Positions 1 to 7,782 are shown, counted from the first letter of the stretch. The stretch is DNA of 20,000 nt from an uncultured virus (IMG/VR IMGVR_UViG_3300033153_006255) (IMGVR_UViG_3300033153_006255); one strand, 5' to 3'. Numbers and translations: made by a program. Notes: generated by a model from the letters alone, not told the origin.

Positions 1-183
1 AATATCTGATAGTTTATGCCAGTATATCCTTTTCTTAGCATTCCTGCTAACACTTAAGCCTAGGCGTCTACCTTTTACTTGTATTGCGCGATTACTGCGA
101 TTTATTAAGGAAGGAATATTTGCACCAACAGAAGCATATTGCTCCTTTAAAATACTCAGTTCTTTATCAGTCCACGGTAACAT
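1..183 (-). CDS. N-terminal part (runs off window) of a Myb/SANT-like HTH DNA-binding protein, possibly a free-standing homing endonuclease
   Basis: Not in ORF track. ATG at 183 with RBS AAAAGGAG; frame open to position 1: MLPWTDKELSILKEQYASVGANIPSLINRSNRAIQVKGRRLGLSVSRNAKKRIYWHKLSDI. W-T-x2-E-x3-L-x3-Y and RS-x2-AI-x2-K-x-RRLGL fit a Myb-like HTH pattern. Confidence 0.65.
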   Translation of the reverse strand, partial: MLPWTDKELSILKEQYASVGANIPSLINRSNRAIQVKGRRLGLSVSRNAKKRIYWHKLSDI

Positions 184-197
184 ATATCTCCTTTTTG

Positions 198-641
198 CTA
201 CGTAGCACGGACAAACCTTGTCCTGACTTGATATTCCATCTGACAGGCCATTATTGGTATGTTATCGTATTCTGCAGGTCCAAATCTACGATTTGTAACC
301 TGGCTATAGATAGCTTGAGAGCCGACTGTATAGCCAGCTTGCAAGGCATCATCTATTCTCTGTGTAATATTTTGTACACTTTGTAATCCTGTAATATAAT
401 CTGGGGAGTTATCATATGCTGTTACAATAACTCTTGATATCATTTCTTTTCTTGCTGGCATAGCTACATCAACTTCAGCAACACTATCCAGCTCTACTGA
501 AAGGCAAGGAAAATTTACAAAAGCAGTTTGTTGTGGGCCCCCATAATACATATCAGCAGAAGCTAAGGTTCCTGATAGATGAGGACTCGTTTTTAATGTA
601 TCAACAATACCGCTTACTAAACTAACATAATTTGTAGTCAT
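198..641 (-). CDS. Putative tail terminator / tail completion protein
   Basis: 147 aa; N-terminal helix, 'FPCLSV' strand, helix ending 'IDDAL', C-terminal strands as in lambda gpU/Mu gp37-like proteins; lies directly after the gpG-like gene. Confidence 0.65.
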   Translation of the reverse strand: MTTNYVSLVSGIVDTLKTSPHLSGTLASADMYYGGPQQTAFVNFPCLSVELDSVAEVDVAMPARKEMISRVIVTAYDNSPDYITGLQSVQNITQRIDDALQAGYTVGSQAIYSQVTNRRFGPAEYDNIPIMACQMEYQVRTRFVRAT

Positions 642-643
642 AT

Positions 644-1204
644 TTATACTCCAATGTCCAGCATAACCCTACCAACTCTTATACCATGCGAAGAAAAAGT
701 ATCTTTAATATAATCATTGGTTATTTTGATAGCTTTACGCTCTTCTGATTGCTGCGTGTGTCCAGTACGCCATCTGAAAAAAGGTCTACCTGGAATCTGT
801 GCACCATTATTAACAGTTAAATAGTCACCGCGAGGTCTATTGTGTATATCGTACATCGTTTTCGCATGTGATGTGACAGCAATAATCTCTAGTGTTGCCT
901 TACCCTTAAAAACATTTCCTATAAAGTAGTTATAATTTGCTTTAATATCACTTAATGGAGTTCCATCTTTACGCTTATATGTCCCGCTTTCAGGCGTGTG
1001 TAATAACTTGTGAATACCCCATCTTCTTTCTGTTTCTCTAGCGTGACCAACCCATCTCGGTCCACTCTTATCCATAGCTTCCTGCGCAGACTCCAACAAC
1101 ATCACTCCAATGCTCCTTAACCAATCATCAACCTTATTAGCTACGGCACTGTTAGCTCGCATAAGTCTGGGTAAATCACTTTTTACTAATCTTACATCAA
1201 TCAT
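644..1204 (-). CDS. Phage virion morphogenesis protein (Mu gpG / P2 gpS-like neck/tail completion)
   Basis: Basic 186-aa protein with 'IG..LLES', 'GPRW' and C-terminal 'IPGRPFF' (family motif IPARPFL); position after the connector gene. Confidence 0.75.
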   Translation of the reverse strand: MIDVRLVKSDLPRLMRANSAVANKVDDWLRSIGVMLLESAQEAMDKSGPRWVGHARETERRWGIHKLLHTPESGTYKRKDGTPLSDIKANYNYFIGNVFKGKATLEIIAVTSHAKTMYDIHNRPRGDYLTVNNGAQIPGRPFFRWRTGHTQQSEERKAIKITNDYIKDTFSSHGIRVGRVMLDIGV

Positions 1205-1661
1205 TTTTGTATGGGTCTACTGTCCATGAACGTGGGTCACCCTCACTAAATATTGGATAAAAATCTTCTGTTGATGAAAGTATACCACGACCAGATTTTC
1301 TAGATATTTTATTTCCGCTAGAATCTAATAATAAAATTATACCTTTCTGAATATCTTTTAACAAATCATATGCATAATTTTTAAATGAACTCATCCAAGC
1401 ATCATTATCTGTTGTTCTTGATTGAACATATAGCATTTGCAATACATAATACGATGCTAAGTGAGTAGAAATACTTCTAACAATTGGTGGTGTTGAAGAA
1501 AACGGTACATTATATAATTGATATAATCTAGCATCTATATAATCATCAGCTCTCGCTATGAAGTAATCTACATCAGTATCACTGGTTACGGCATCAGTAA
1601 CTTTTTTTAATAGTTTTCTAACGTCGTCATCTGCTGAACAGTACGAATATGTTCTTGCCAT
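1197..1661 (-). CDS. Head-tail connector/adaptor, Mu gp36 (DUF1320)-like
   Basis: 'YCS.DD', 'ARADDYIDARL..LYNVPF...PPIVRSI...LASYY', 'Y..AYDLLKDIQKG' match the Mu gp36-like pattern. Confidence 0.85.
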   Translation of the reverse strand: MARTYSYCSADDDVRKLLKKVTDAVTSDTDVDYFIARADDYIDARLYQLYNVPFSSTPPIVRSISTHLASYYVLQMLYVQSRTTDNDAWMSSFKNYAYDLLKDIQKGIILLLDSSGNKISRKSGRGILSSTEDFYPIFSEGDPRSWTVDPYKND

Positions 1662-1664
1662 TTT

Positions 1665-1952
1665 TTACACCTTGCGTTCTTTACCTTTATGAAGACATGT
1701 ATGCCAAACGGAAAACGTTGCATAACATCTATCAGGATGTGTCCATACATTCTTAAATGGACACACCCCGTTTTTATTACACATTCTTATTTTCTTTTTC
1801 TTTTCTCGGCCCTTCTTGCCGCCCTTACTTTCCTCGATATCTTTGCTTTTGGCATTTTCGTCTCCTATTTCTGTTGTTGGCGCCACAATAAATTGGTTAT
1901 TTGTGACTACCATATTTTCTACATTATCTCTAATGTGTTCTGGTATCTTCAT
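1665..1952 (-). CDS. Hypothetical protein with Lys-rich linker and Cys/His-rich C-terminus
   Basis: Start reassigned to ATG 1952 (ATGA overlap with the kinase stop); 95 aa MKIPEH...; KGGKKGREKKKK followed by four Cys. Confidence 0.65.
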   Translation of the reverse strand: MKIPEHIRDNVENMVVTNNQFIVAPTTEIGDENAKSKDIEESKGGKKGREKKKKIRMCNKNGVCPFKNVWTHPDRCYATFSVWHTCLHKGKERKV

Positions 1953-2977
1953 TGACGTATGCTCCATGTATATACTCCACCGTGTCCCCATGCAAAATCC
2001 CATGGTTGACAACCTAATTTTCTAAGTGCTTCTGCTATACCATGTTTCTTTTGCCAATCTGCGTATATCATCATCATGCCCCCGCCACCGGCACCAGTAA
2101 CCTTAAGTCCTTCAGCACCATGTTCAAGCGCAACATTTTCCATTGCCTCTATGACATCATTAGTAACTTTTCCAGATAATTTCTTCTTATAATCCCACTC
2201 TAACGATAATAGCTGCCCAAAATTACTTAAATCCTCTGTTAGTAAAGCTTCTTTTGCTGCTATAGCCATTCCCTTAATATGTTTTATGTACTCTACATTC
2301 CGTGTAGTCTTTTTTTCTTGGTCTTCAATCAAATCAGATGATATGTGCGTTAACCCAGTATACACCAACAACATATTATGCTGTAATTCTCTACGTACCC
2401 ATTCTCTAATACGTAATGGATTGACTATAACAGAACCATCAGTATGAAACTCCATAAAATTAAAACCGCCAAATACCGCGGCATATTGGTCTTGAGAACC
2501 ACCAGCCATAGCTAAATCTCTACGTTCTATTTCCCATGCCAAACGTGCCATATTGTAGTCGTTAAGATGTAAATCAAGCCATTCTCTAAATAGACCCAAT
2601 ATAGCTACCACTACGGTAGATGATGTACCAAGTCCAGCACCAGGAGGTGCATCAGACGATACTACAATGTCAAATCCGGATATTGCTTCAGGATGAAATC
2701 CATGTATCCTGTTAATAACAGCTTTTATTAAATCCAGATTACCATCATAAGGCATTTTCTTATCTGCCCTACCATTTACTATGATGTTATAATCATGTGA
2801 AGTTATGCTTATTTTTCCATCCGTACGTGGTATAAGCGAAGCATATACATATTTATTTATTGTAGCATTTAATACAAAGCCGCCATGTTCTCTTACAAAG
2901 CTATCTAGGTCACTTGACCCACCAGCAATACCTAATCTTAATGGCGCAACTGAGCGTATTTTGTGATTTATCATCAC
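1949..2977 (-). CDS. hddA: GHMP-family sugar kinase, D-glycero-alpha-D-manno-heptose-7-phosphate kinase-like
   Basis: 'APLRLGIAGGSSD', ATP loop 'PPGAGLGTSS', 'GGSQDQYAAVFGGFNFMEF', 'KVTGAGGGG' are the HddA/GHMP signature motifs. Start is GTG 2977 or ATG 2974. Confidence 0.88.
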   Translation of the reverse strand: MMINHKIRSVAPLRLGIAGGSSDLDSFVREHGGFVLNATINKYVYASLIPRTDGKISITSHDYNIIVNGRADKKMPYDGNLDLIKAVINRIHGFHPEAISGFDIVVSSDAPPGAGLGTSSTVVVAILGLFREWLDLHLNDYNMARLAWEIERRDLAMAGGSQDQYAAVFGGFNFMEFHTDGSVIVNPLRIREWVRRELQHNMLLVYTGLTHISSDLIEDQEKKTTRNVEYIKHIKGMAIAAKEALLTEDLSNFGQLLSLEWDYKKKLSGKVTNDVIEAMENVALEHGAEGLKVTGAGGGGMMMIYADWQKKHGIAEALRKLGCQPWDFAWGHGGVYTWSIRQ

Positions 2978-3564
2978 TTCTCCCTAAAGAGCCTACTCTT
3001 TTTAGCAAATTTTAACCCTTCGTGCGTGCCTATATCAAGATACTTTTTTTCAGAAAAGTAGTCATTGGTTTCTATACACTTTAATCTTTCGTCAAGATTA
3101 AATTCAGCAGGTCTATCTAAATATTTAAAAATCTTATTAGAAAAAATATATATACCAGCCGGTCTTATTTTCCCATCTAACTTTGATTTGGCAGTAACTA
3201 TAGTAGCTATACCCTTATGTGCTTTGCCGATTTTAGTTAAGTCTTCATCTATAAATGTATCCCCATTTATAACTGCAAATTTTCTATTAGTCTTAAAGAA
3301 TGGTTCTGCTATTCGTAATGCGCCACCTGTACCCAGAGGCGCTATTTCATCTATAAACTCCACAACTATATTATTTTCTTTACACCAGTTCCTTATTGCA
3401 TTTCTCTGGTACCCTATAGAAAGTACAACATCATGATTCTTTAACCATTTTAACAGGTAATATAACAATGGCTTACCATGTATAGGCACCATTGATTTTG
3501 GCATATACTTCGTTAATGGTAATAATCTTGTTCCCGTTCCACCACAAAGCAATAATACTCTCAT
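2974..3564 (-). CDS. hddC: NDP-sugar pyrophosphorylase / nucleotidyltransferase, heptose-1-phosphate guanylyltransferase-like
   Basis: 'LLCGGTGTRL', 'PKSMVPIHGKP', 'PLGTGGA', 'INGDT', 'YLDIGT'; short single domain without a beta-helix, coupled to the hddA-like gene. Substrate is inferred from context. Confidence 0.78.
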   Translation of the reverse strand: MRVLLLCGGTGTRLLPLTKYMPKSMVPIHGKPLLYYLLKWLKNHDVVLSIGYQRNAIRNWCKENNIVVEFIDEIAPLGTGGALRIAEPFFKTNRKFAVINGDTFIDEDLTKIGKAHKGIATIVTAKSKLDGKIRPAGIYIFSNKIFKYLDRPAEFNLDERLKCIETNDYFSEKKYLDIGTHEGLKFAKKSRLFREK

Positions 3565-3568
3565 TTCA

Positions 3569-3859
3569 TCACCCCGCCATTAAATATCTTCCCCATAGAC
3601 CAATTGCAATACCCAATATAATTACTGCTATGACTAACCTCTCAAGCGTATTTACTCTGCTCTTAAGGGTTTTAACATCACTAAGATTGCGTAATATATC
3701 ACCAAGACTCTCTTTTAGTTCATCAAATTTTTTATAATAGTCTTTAGCTCTTTCTTGAGACGCAATATCATGTGCACGCCACCTTTCATCAAATTGAGTT
3801 TTTAATATTGAAAAATCCTCTTTTAATTTGTTGTATAATTGTAGAATTTCACCATTCAT
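3569..3859 (-). CDS. Coiled-coil protein with one C-terminal TM helix; holin-like (XhlA-type architecture)
   Basis: Amphipathic helices followed by hydrophobic 'LVIAVIILGIAIGLWG'; RBS GAGGA. Confidence 0.5.
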   Translation of the reverse strand: MNGEILQLYNKLKEDFSILKTQFDERWRAHDIASQERAKDYYKKFDELKESLGDILRNLSDVKTLKSRVNTLERLVIAVIILGIAIGLWGRYLMAG

Positions 3860-3871
3860 AACATCCTCTTC

Positions 3872-4324
3872 TTATAGTAATAGTAGTGGTAACGTTAAGG
3901 CTATTATAGAGCCTCTTCCAGTCTCTTCGACTACATCATTTTTAAATAATTCACACCAAATCCCCATAAAAATAGCCATTATTATAGCCCTAAATACAAT
4001 CATATACCAATGAATACACATAACATATGGTATATATGCAAGACCTATCATAAGTCCATGCATATAAAAGTTGTCGTGTTTAAATATCCTATCCCAATAT
4101 GTGGTAAGTGCTCCGAAACACAAAAGAAAGCTTACAGCATGTATCCATAAAGGGGCAAATATATAGAATGACATAATAGTCATAGCAATCAGTGGACAAC
4201 CAAGGTCCCTTGTTTTGGTATTCTTTAATATATCATACCAGCTACCATTTTTAGCAGAACCACCTAATCTATATAGTGTGGCACTTGTAATTGTTGCTAA
4301 TAATATTGCAGTTATCATTATCAT
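3872..4324 (-). CDS. Multi-pass integral membrane protein, unknown function
   Basis: About 5-6 hydrophobic segments with polar motifs 'LYRLGG', 'RDLGCP', 'TTYWD', 'EETGRG'; RBS AGGAG; ATGA overlap upstream. Confidence 0.75.
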   Translation of the reverse strand: MIMITAILLATITSATLYRLGGSAKNGSWYDILKNTKTRDLGCPLIAMTIMSFYIFAPLWIHAVSFLLCFGALTTYWDRIFKHDNFYMHGLMIGLAYIPYVMCIHWYMIVFRAIIMAIFMGIWCELFKNDVVEETGRGSIIALTLPLLLL

Positions 4325-4608
4325 AGTTTTCTCCTGTAACAGTAAACTTCGTATTTCTCGCTAAACTTACTATATAACTCGTGCGATATTATTTTGTTAA
4401 TAGCTTTAACATCTAATTCAAAACCACTTTCTCGAAACTCTTTTCTCCACATCATTGGGGTATAGCAATCTTTTTTAATATACATAATTATTAATTCCCC
4501 AACAGGAACTATTTTTTTAATTTCAGATGGTTGTCTTAAATATATACCCTCTAAAATATACGACGTAACTATACCGCAATTAGAAATAATGGTATTCAAA
4601 AGGCTCAT
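4321..4608 (-). CDS. Hypothetical protein resembling the C-terminal half of a class I methyltransferase
   Basis: Start 4608 (GGGAG RBS) or 4620. Segments 'ILEGI', 'SEIKKIVPVG', 'W..EF', 'VYCYR' echo the C-terminal half of the 6511-7122 protein; no GxG motif I. Confidence 0.55.
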   Translation of the reverse strand: MSLLNTIISNCGIVTSYILEGIYLRQPSEIKKIVPVGELIIMYIKKDCYTPMMWRKEFRESGFELDVKAINKIISHELYSKFSEKYEVYCYRRKL

Positions 4609-4873
4609 CTGTTCTCCCATTAAATTCCCTTAAATGAAAATGGAAATGGTCTGGAATTGTTCTCATGTTAAAATCAAACGTGTGTGTTTTCATATTGAAT
4701 AGCTTTCGTGCTTTATTTAACATGTGTTCCAATTCATTTTTAATTGGTTTTCTGTGCGCTTTTAATACTACCATTGGACTATGACACGTTTTACATTCAC
4801 ATATCCAACATATATCATCTTCGTAATACCAAGTAGTTAATTTCTCCCTATCACATAACTGACATTTCCTCAT
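4580..4873 (-). CDS. HIT (histidine triad) family protein
   Basis: N-terminal CQLC, 'YYEDD', a second CxxC, 'VVLKAH' and C-terminal 'IPDHFHFHL' (H-phi-H-phi-H). Confidence 0.8.
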   Translation of the reverse strand: MRKCQLCDREKLTTWYYEDDICWICECKTCHSPMVVLKAHRKPIKNELEHMLNKARKLFNMKTHTFDFNMRTIPDHFHFHLREFNGRTDEPFEYHYF

Positions 4874-5142
4874 GCAAAGTAGTCTCCAGTATGCCTATCT
4901 TTCAACTCACCCAATTTGGATTTATTCCAGTTATGAACATTAGAATAGTAACCAACGATTCGTGTCATCTGTACCACATCTTGAGCACCAATATGCTTGA
5001 TTAGTTCTTTTGAGAGCGGTCCTTTAGTAGTATCAACCTCTACAATCCTTTCATTCTTTAACTTTATAAGAATTTTTTTTTCTTCTTGTTTCCATAACCA
5101 TCCCTTATCGACACATGCACCAATAAAGTCTTCTTTTGTCAT
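4870..5142 (-). CDS. Stand-alone NrdD-type glycyl-radical domain protein (90 aa)
   Basis: 'VQMTRIVGYYSNVHNWNKSKLGELKDR' matches the class III RNR C-terminal motif (R-[IV]-x-G-Y...WNxxKxxExxxR); the catalytic barrel and CxxC Zn site are absent. Confidence 0.8.
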   Translation of the reverse strand: MTKEDFIGACVDKGWLWKQEEKKILIKLKNERIVEVDTTKGPLSKELIKHIGAQDVVQMTRIVGYYSNVHNWNKSKLGELKDRHTGDYFA

Positions 5143-5723
5143 TTTTTACATATTCCCATACTTTTATTGTGGTCAAAATAGATTACATCTACTTGACTAA
5201 AAACCCTCTTCAAAAGTATCTTATATTCTTTCATACTATATTCACGCATGTGCCACTTAGCCGGTCCTTCGTGCTCTTTCTTGATTGGAGTAGTACCGAC
5301 AAATATGCCATCATCTTTCATCACACGCTTTATCTCTTGTAATAGCAACATGTCATCCTCTACATGCTCTATTACTTCATGACACACAACTACGTCGTAT
5401 TTTTTGTCTTCTTTTTGAATAAGCGGAAAAAACTCAACAAACCACTCCACGTTACCTTTATCGTAATACCTTTTCGCAAAATCGATTGCATCTTCTGTTT
5501 TATCAATCCCATGTACTCCCCACGCTTTCTTTGCTAGTATTGCGGAACCATAACCGCTACCACAACCGAGGTCTAGCACTAATTTATTCTCTGAAAATAG
5601 ATTAGCAAAGTCATATCTCTTAACGTGCATATTATCGTGGTCTTCTGTATTTAATGGTACTCCACGCTCACCGCGCCATTTATGCTCTGCCGCAACGCGC
5701 TGTTCTTTGGTTATTCTAATCAT
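5139..5723 (-). CDS. Class I SAM-dependent methyltransferase
   Basis: 'H..RY.FA', motif I 'VLDLGCGSGYG', 'GID', 'YDVVVCHEVIEHV', 'EIKRVMK..G'. Confidence 0.92.
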   Translation of the reverse strand: MIRITKEQRVAAEHKWRGERGVPLNTEDHDNMHVKRYDFANLFSENKLVLDLGCGSGYGSAILAKKAWGVHGIDKTEDAIDFAKRYYDKGNVEWFVEFFPLIQKEDKKYDVVVCHEVIEHVEDDMLLLQEIKRVMKDDGIFVGTTPIKKEHEGPAKWHMREYSMKEYKILLKRVFSQVDVIYFDHNKSMGICKK

Positions 5724-6514
5724 TTAGCATCCCCCATTTCATTGATAAGCCTTATTATATTATCAGCTGCTCCAAAACTATCGTATAGATAATCAGTAAT
5801 AGTTTCATCTTGCTCAAACTCATTTAATATTTCAGTATATGAATAGCAGATTTTAATCTTCTTTGTAAGCTCCCTAAAATGCTTCTCTCTTACAAATAGA
5901 TTCATATTTGTATCAAAACAAATAACTTTCTTATCCATTAATAATGCGTGTAAGGCAATGGTTGAAGCACCGGTTATTACAATCTCACATTCTCTTAAGC
6001 ACTCTACAATGTCCTGTTTTTCATTTGAGACACCTGGATGACGTTTAACACTAACAATAACATTTCTGTCTTTTAAGAAATTAGTTATCTTCGAAATAAG
6101 TATTTCACTATTCATTTCAGATTTTCCATAAGCAGGCAGTGCTATTAGCACTCTTCGCTTATGTGTTTCGAATCTTGGACAACCGGTAATAACTATCTTT
6201 TCTTTTGTCCATCCAGCCTTAATAAAATCTTCTTTCATATTCTTGCCCCAGACTGCTACCCTATCTACATAATTTCCCTTTATGTATTTCCAATTATTTA
6301 ACCCCTCTACCACAAATAAAGATTTACTTCCGAAATGGCTTATTATATTTTTGTTTATATCCTCATGGGCAGCAGCAGTAACTATTAAATCTGGCTTTTC
6401 AAATTTAGTTATGTCATCAAACTTCGTAAATAGGATTCTCTCTTCCATCTTCGGGTAGATAAATTTAAACAATCTCTCAGCCAACTCAGTAGTAATTAAA
6501 AACATGCATTTCAT
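5720..6514 (-). CDS. GT-B fold surface-carbohydrate transferase (TagF/CDP-glycerol glycerophosphotransferase or KpsS-like superfamily)
   Basis: 'VAVWG', 'ITGCPRF', 'VKRHP', 'IVITGASTIALHALLMDKKVI' parallel the TGxPR / KxHP / ITxxST..E..L..KPVI motifs. Confidence 0.65.
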   Translation of the reverse strand: MKCMFLITTELAERLFKFIYPKMEERILFTKFDDITKFEKPDLIVTAAAHEDINKNIISHFGSKSLFVVEGLNNWKYIKGNYVDRVAVWGKNMKEDFIKAGWTKEKIVITGCPRFETHKRRVLIALPAYGKSEMNSEILISKITNFLKDRNVIVSVKRHPGVSNEKQDIVECLRECEIVITGASTIALHALLMDKKVICFDTNMNLFVREKHFRELTKKIKICYSYTEILNEFEQDETITDYLYDSFGAADNIIRLINEMGDAK

Positions 6515-7122
6515 TTATCTGTCACCTTATAGCAATAAACTTTCCAGCAATATGACTTAACCAGATATGTACTATTAAACTTTTCAATCAGATTATCTTG
6601 TTTTACGAAAAACTCTCCAAATTTACTATTCCACCAAGGCCTATCTTTTAACGTAACTGCAGATATGTCATTTTCATGCCCATCACTACTTATCGTTGCA
6701 AATAAATATCCGCCAGGTTTTAAAACTCGCCTGATGTTAGATAATAATCTATCAACATCTCCTATATGTTCAAGTGTTTCAAAAGAGACCACAGCATCTA
6801 CAGAGTTGTCATCAAAAAGCATTTCCTTGCTAATGTCTCCACGCTTATGGTAGTCTTTAGCGTACGAGTTCTCTTTACACCATTTTGATATATCCTGCCC
6901 CCACGCAAGAACTCCACGCTTTCTTAACCAATAAACTAAGTTATTTCTAGCACACCCCAGGTCAATTACTACTTTATTGTCCAACTTTAATATATCAAAG
7001 AGCATATTAGCTTGGTGAGTAAAAACATCATTACCGAGACGAAAACTACTTTTTAAATATCCTGATTTTCTATTGCTATTGCTGCCTTCAAAGTAATCCC
7101 TATCAAAATATTCACTGCCCAT
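6511..7122 (-). CDS. Class I SAM-dependent methyltransferase
   Basis: 'YFDRDYF', 'VIDLGCA', 'GQDIS', 'FDDNSVDAVVSFETLEHI', 'RRVLKPGG'. Confidence 0.9.
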   Translation of the reverse strand: MGSEYFDRDYFEGSNSNRKSGYLKSSFRLGNDVFTHQANMLFDILKLDNKVVIDLGCARNNLVYWLRKRGVLAWGQDISKWCKENSYAKDYHKRGDISKEMLFDDNSVDAVVSFETLEHIGDVDRLLSNIRRVLKPGGYLFATISSDGHENDISAVTLKDRPWWNSKFGEFFVKQDNLIEKFNSTYLVKSYCWKVYCYKVTDK

Positions 7123-7134
7123 AAAATATGCTCC

Positions 7135-7782
7135 TTATTTTATACAGATATAACCTTCAAACATGAAATATTTATAAAATTTTTCTATATTACTAAACCC
7201 AGCGTTTTTTAGCATTTTAAGATTTACATCACTTCTATTCGGTCTAAGAATGCTCCTTAAGTCTTTTTCTTTATCCAAGATTTCTTTTTCTGTAAACTCG
7301 GACTTCTTAAAATCATAGTATGTAAATGTGAATATATCTTGCGTAATAGCGCTATCTGCATAAGTTTTCTCAGCTACTATAAACGCTCCACCAACGCATA
7401 GCTTATTATATACTTCGTTTATTATGTCCTGCCGTATGCCCCTGTCTAAAAATTGCAACGTAAATATTGAAAATACTAAACACGATGACTCTAAAGTTAT
7501 TCCCTTGTTCAGGTCATGCAACAAAAATGTTATATCCTTAGAATGCTCCTCTGGAAGTATGTTAGCACTATTATCTATACCAATCTTTTTTATATTAGGA
7601 TATAATTTAGATAACTCAAATAGTAGGGTGGCGGTAGAGCAACCTAAATCATACACACTGTATTTATTCACTATAAAATACTTAGACAATCTTACTAAAC
7701 TATTAAGGAGAATATCATAATTTGGTATAGATTTACTTATGTGCTCATTGAAATTATCAATAGTATTGAAATCAAATTTCAT
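7135..7782 (-). CDS. cmoA: CmoA (carboxy-SAM synthase)-like SAM-fold protein, divergent active site
   Basis: 'F..HI.KSIPNY', 'VYDLGCST', 'GIDNS', 'FTLQFL', 'GGAFIVAEK', 'DFK...F.E.EI..K...L', 'L.NAGF' follow the CmoA layout over the whole length. Confidence 0.8.
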   Translation of the reverse strand: MKFDFNTIDNFNEHISKSIPNYDILLNSLVRLSKYFIVNKYSVYDLGCSTATLLFELSKLYPNIKKIGIDNSANILPEEHSKDITFLLHDLNKGITLESSCLVFSIFTLQFLDRGIRQDIINEVYNKLCVGGAFIVAEKTYADSAITQDIFTFTYYDFKKSEFTEKEILDKEKDLRSILRPNRSDVNLKMLKNAGFSNIEKFYKYFMFEGYICIK

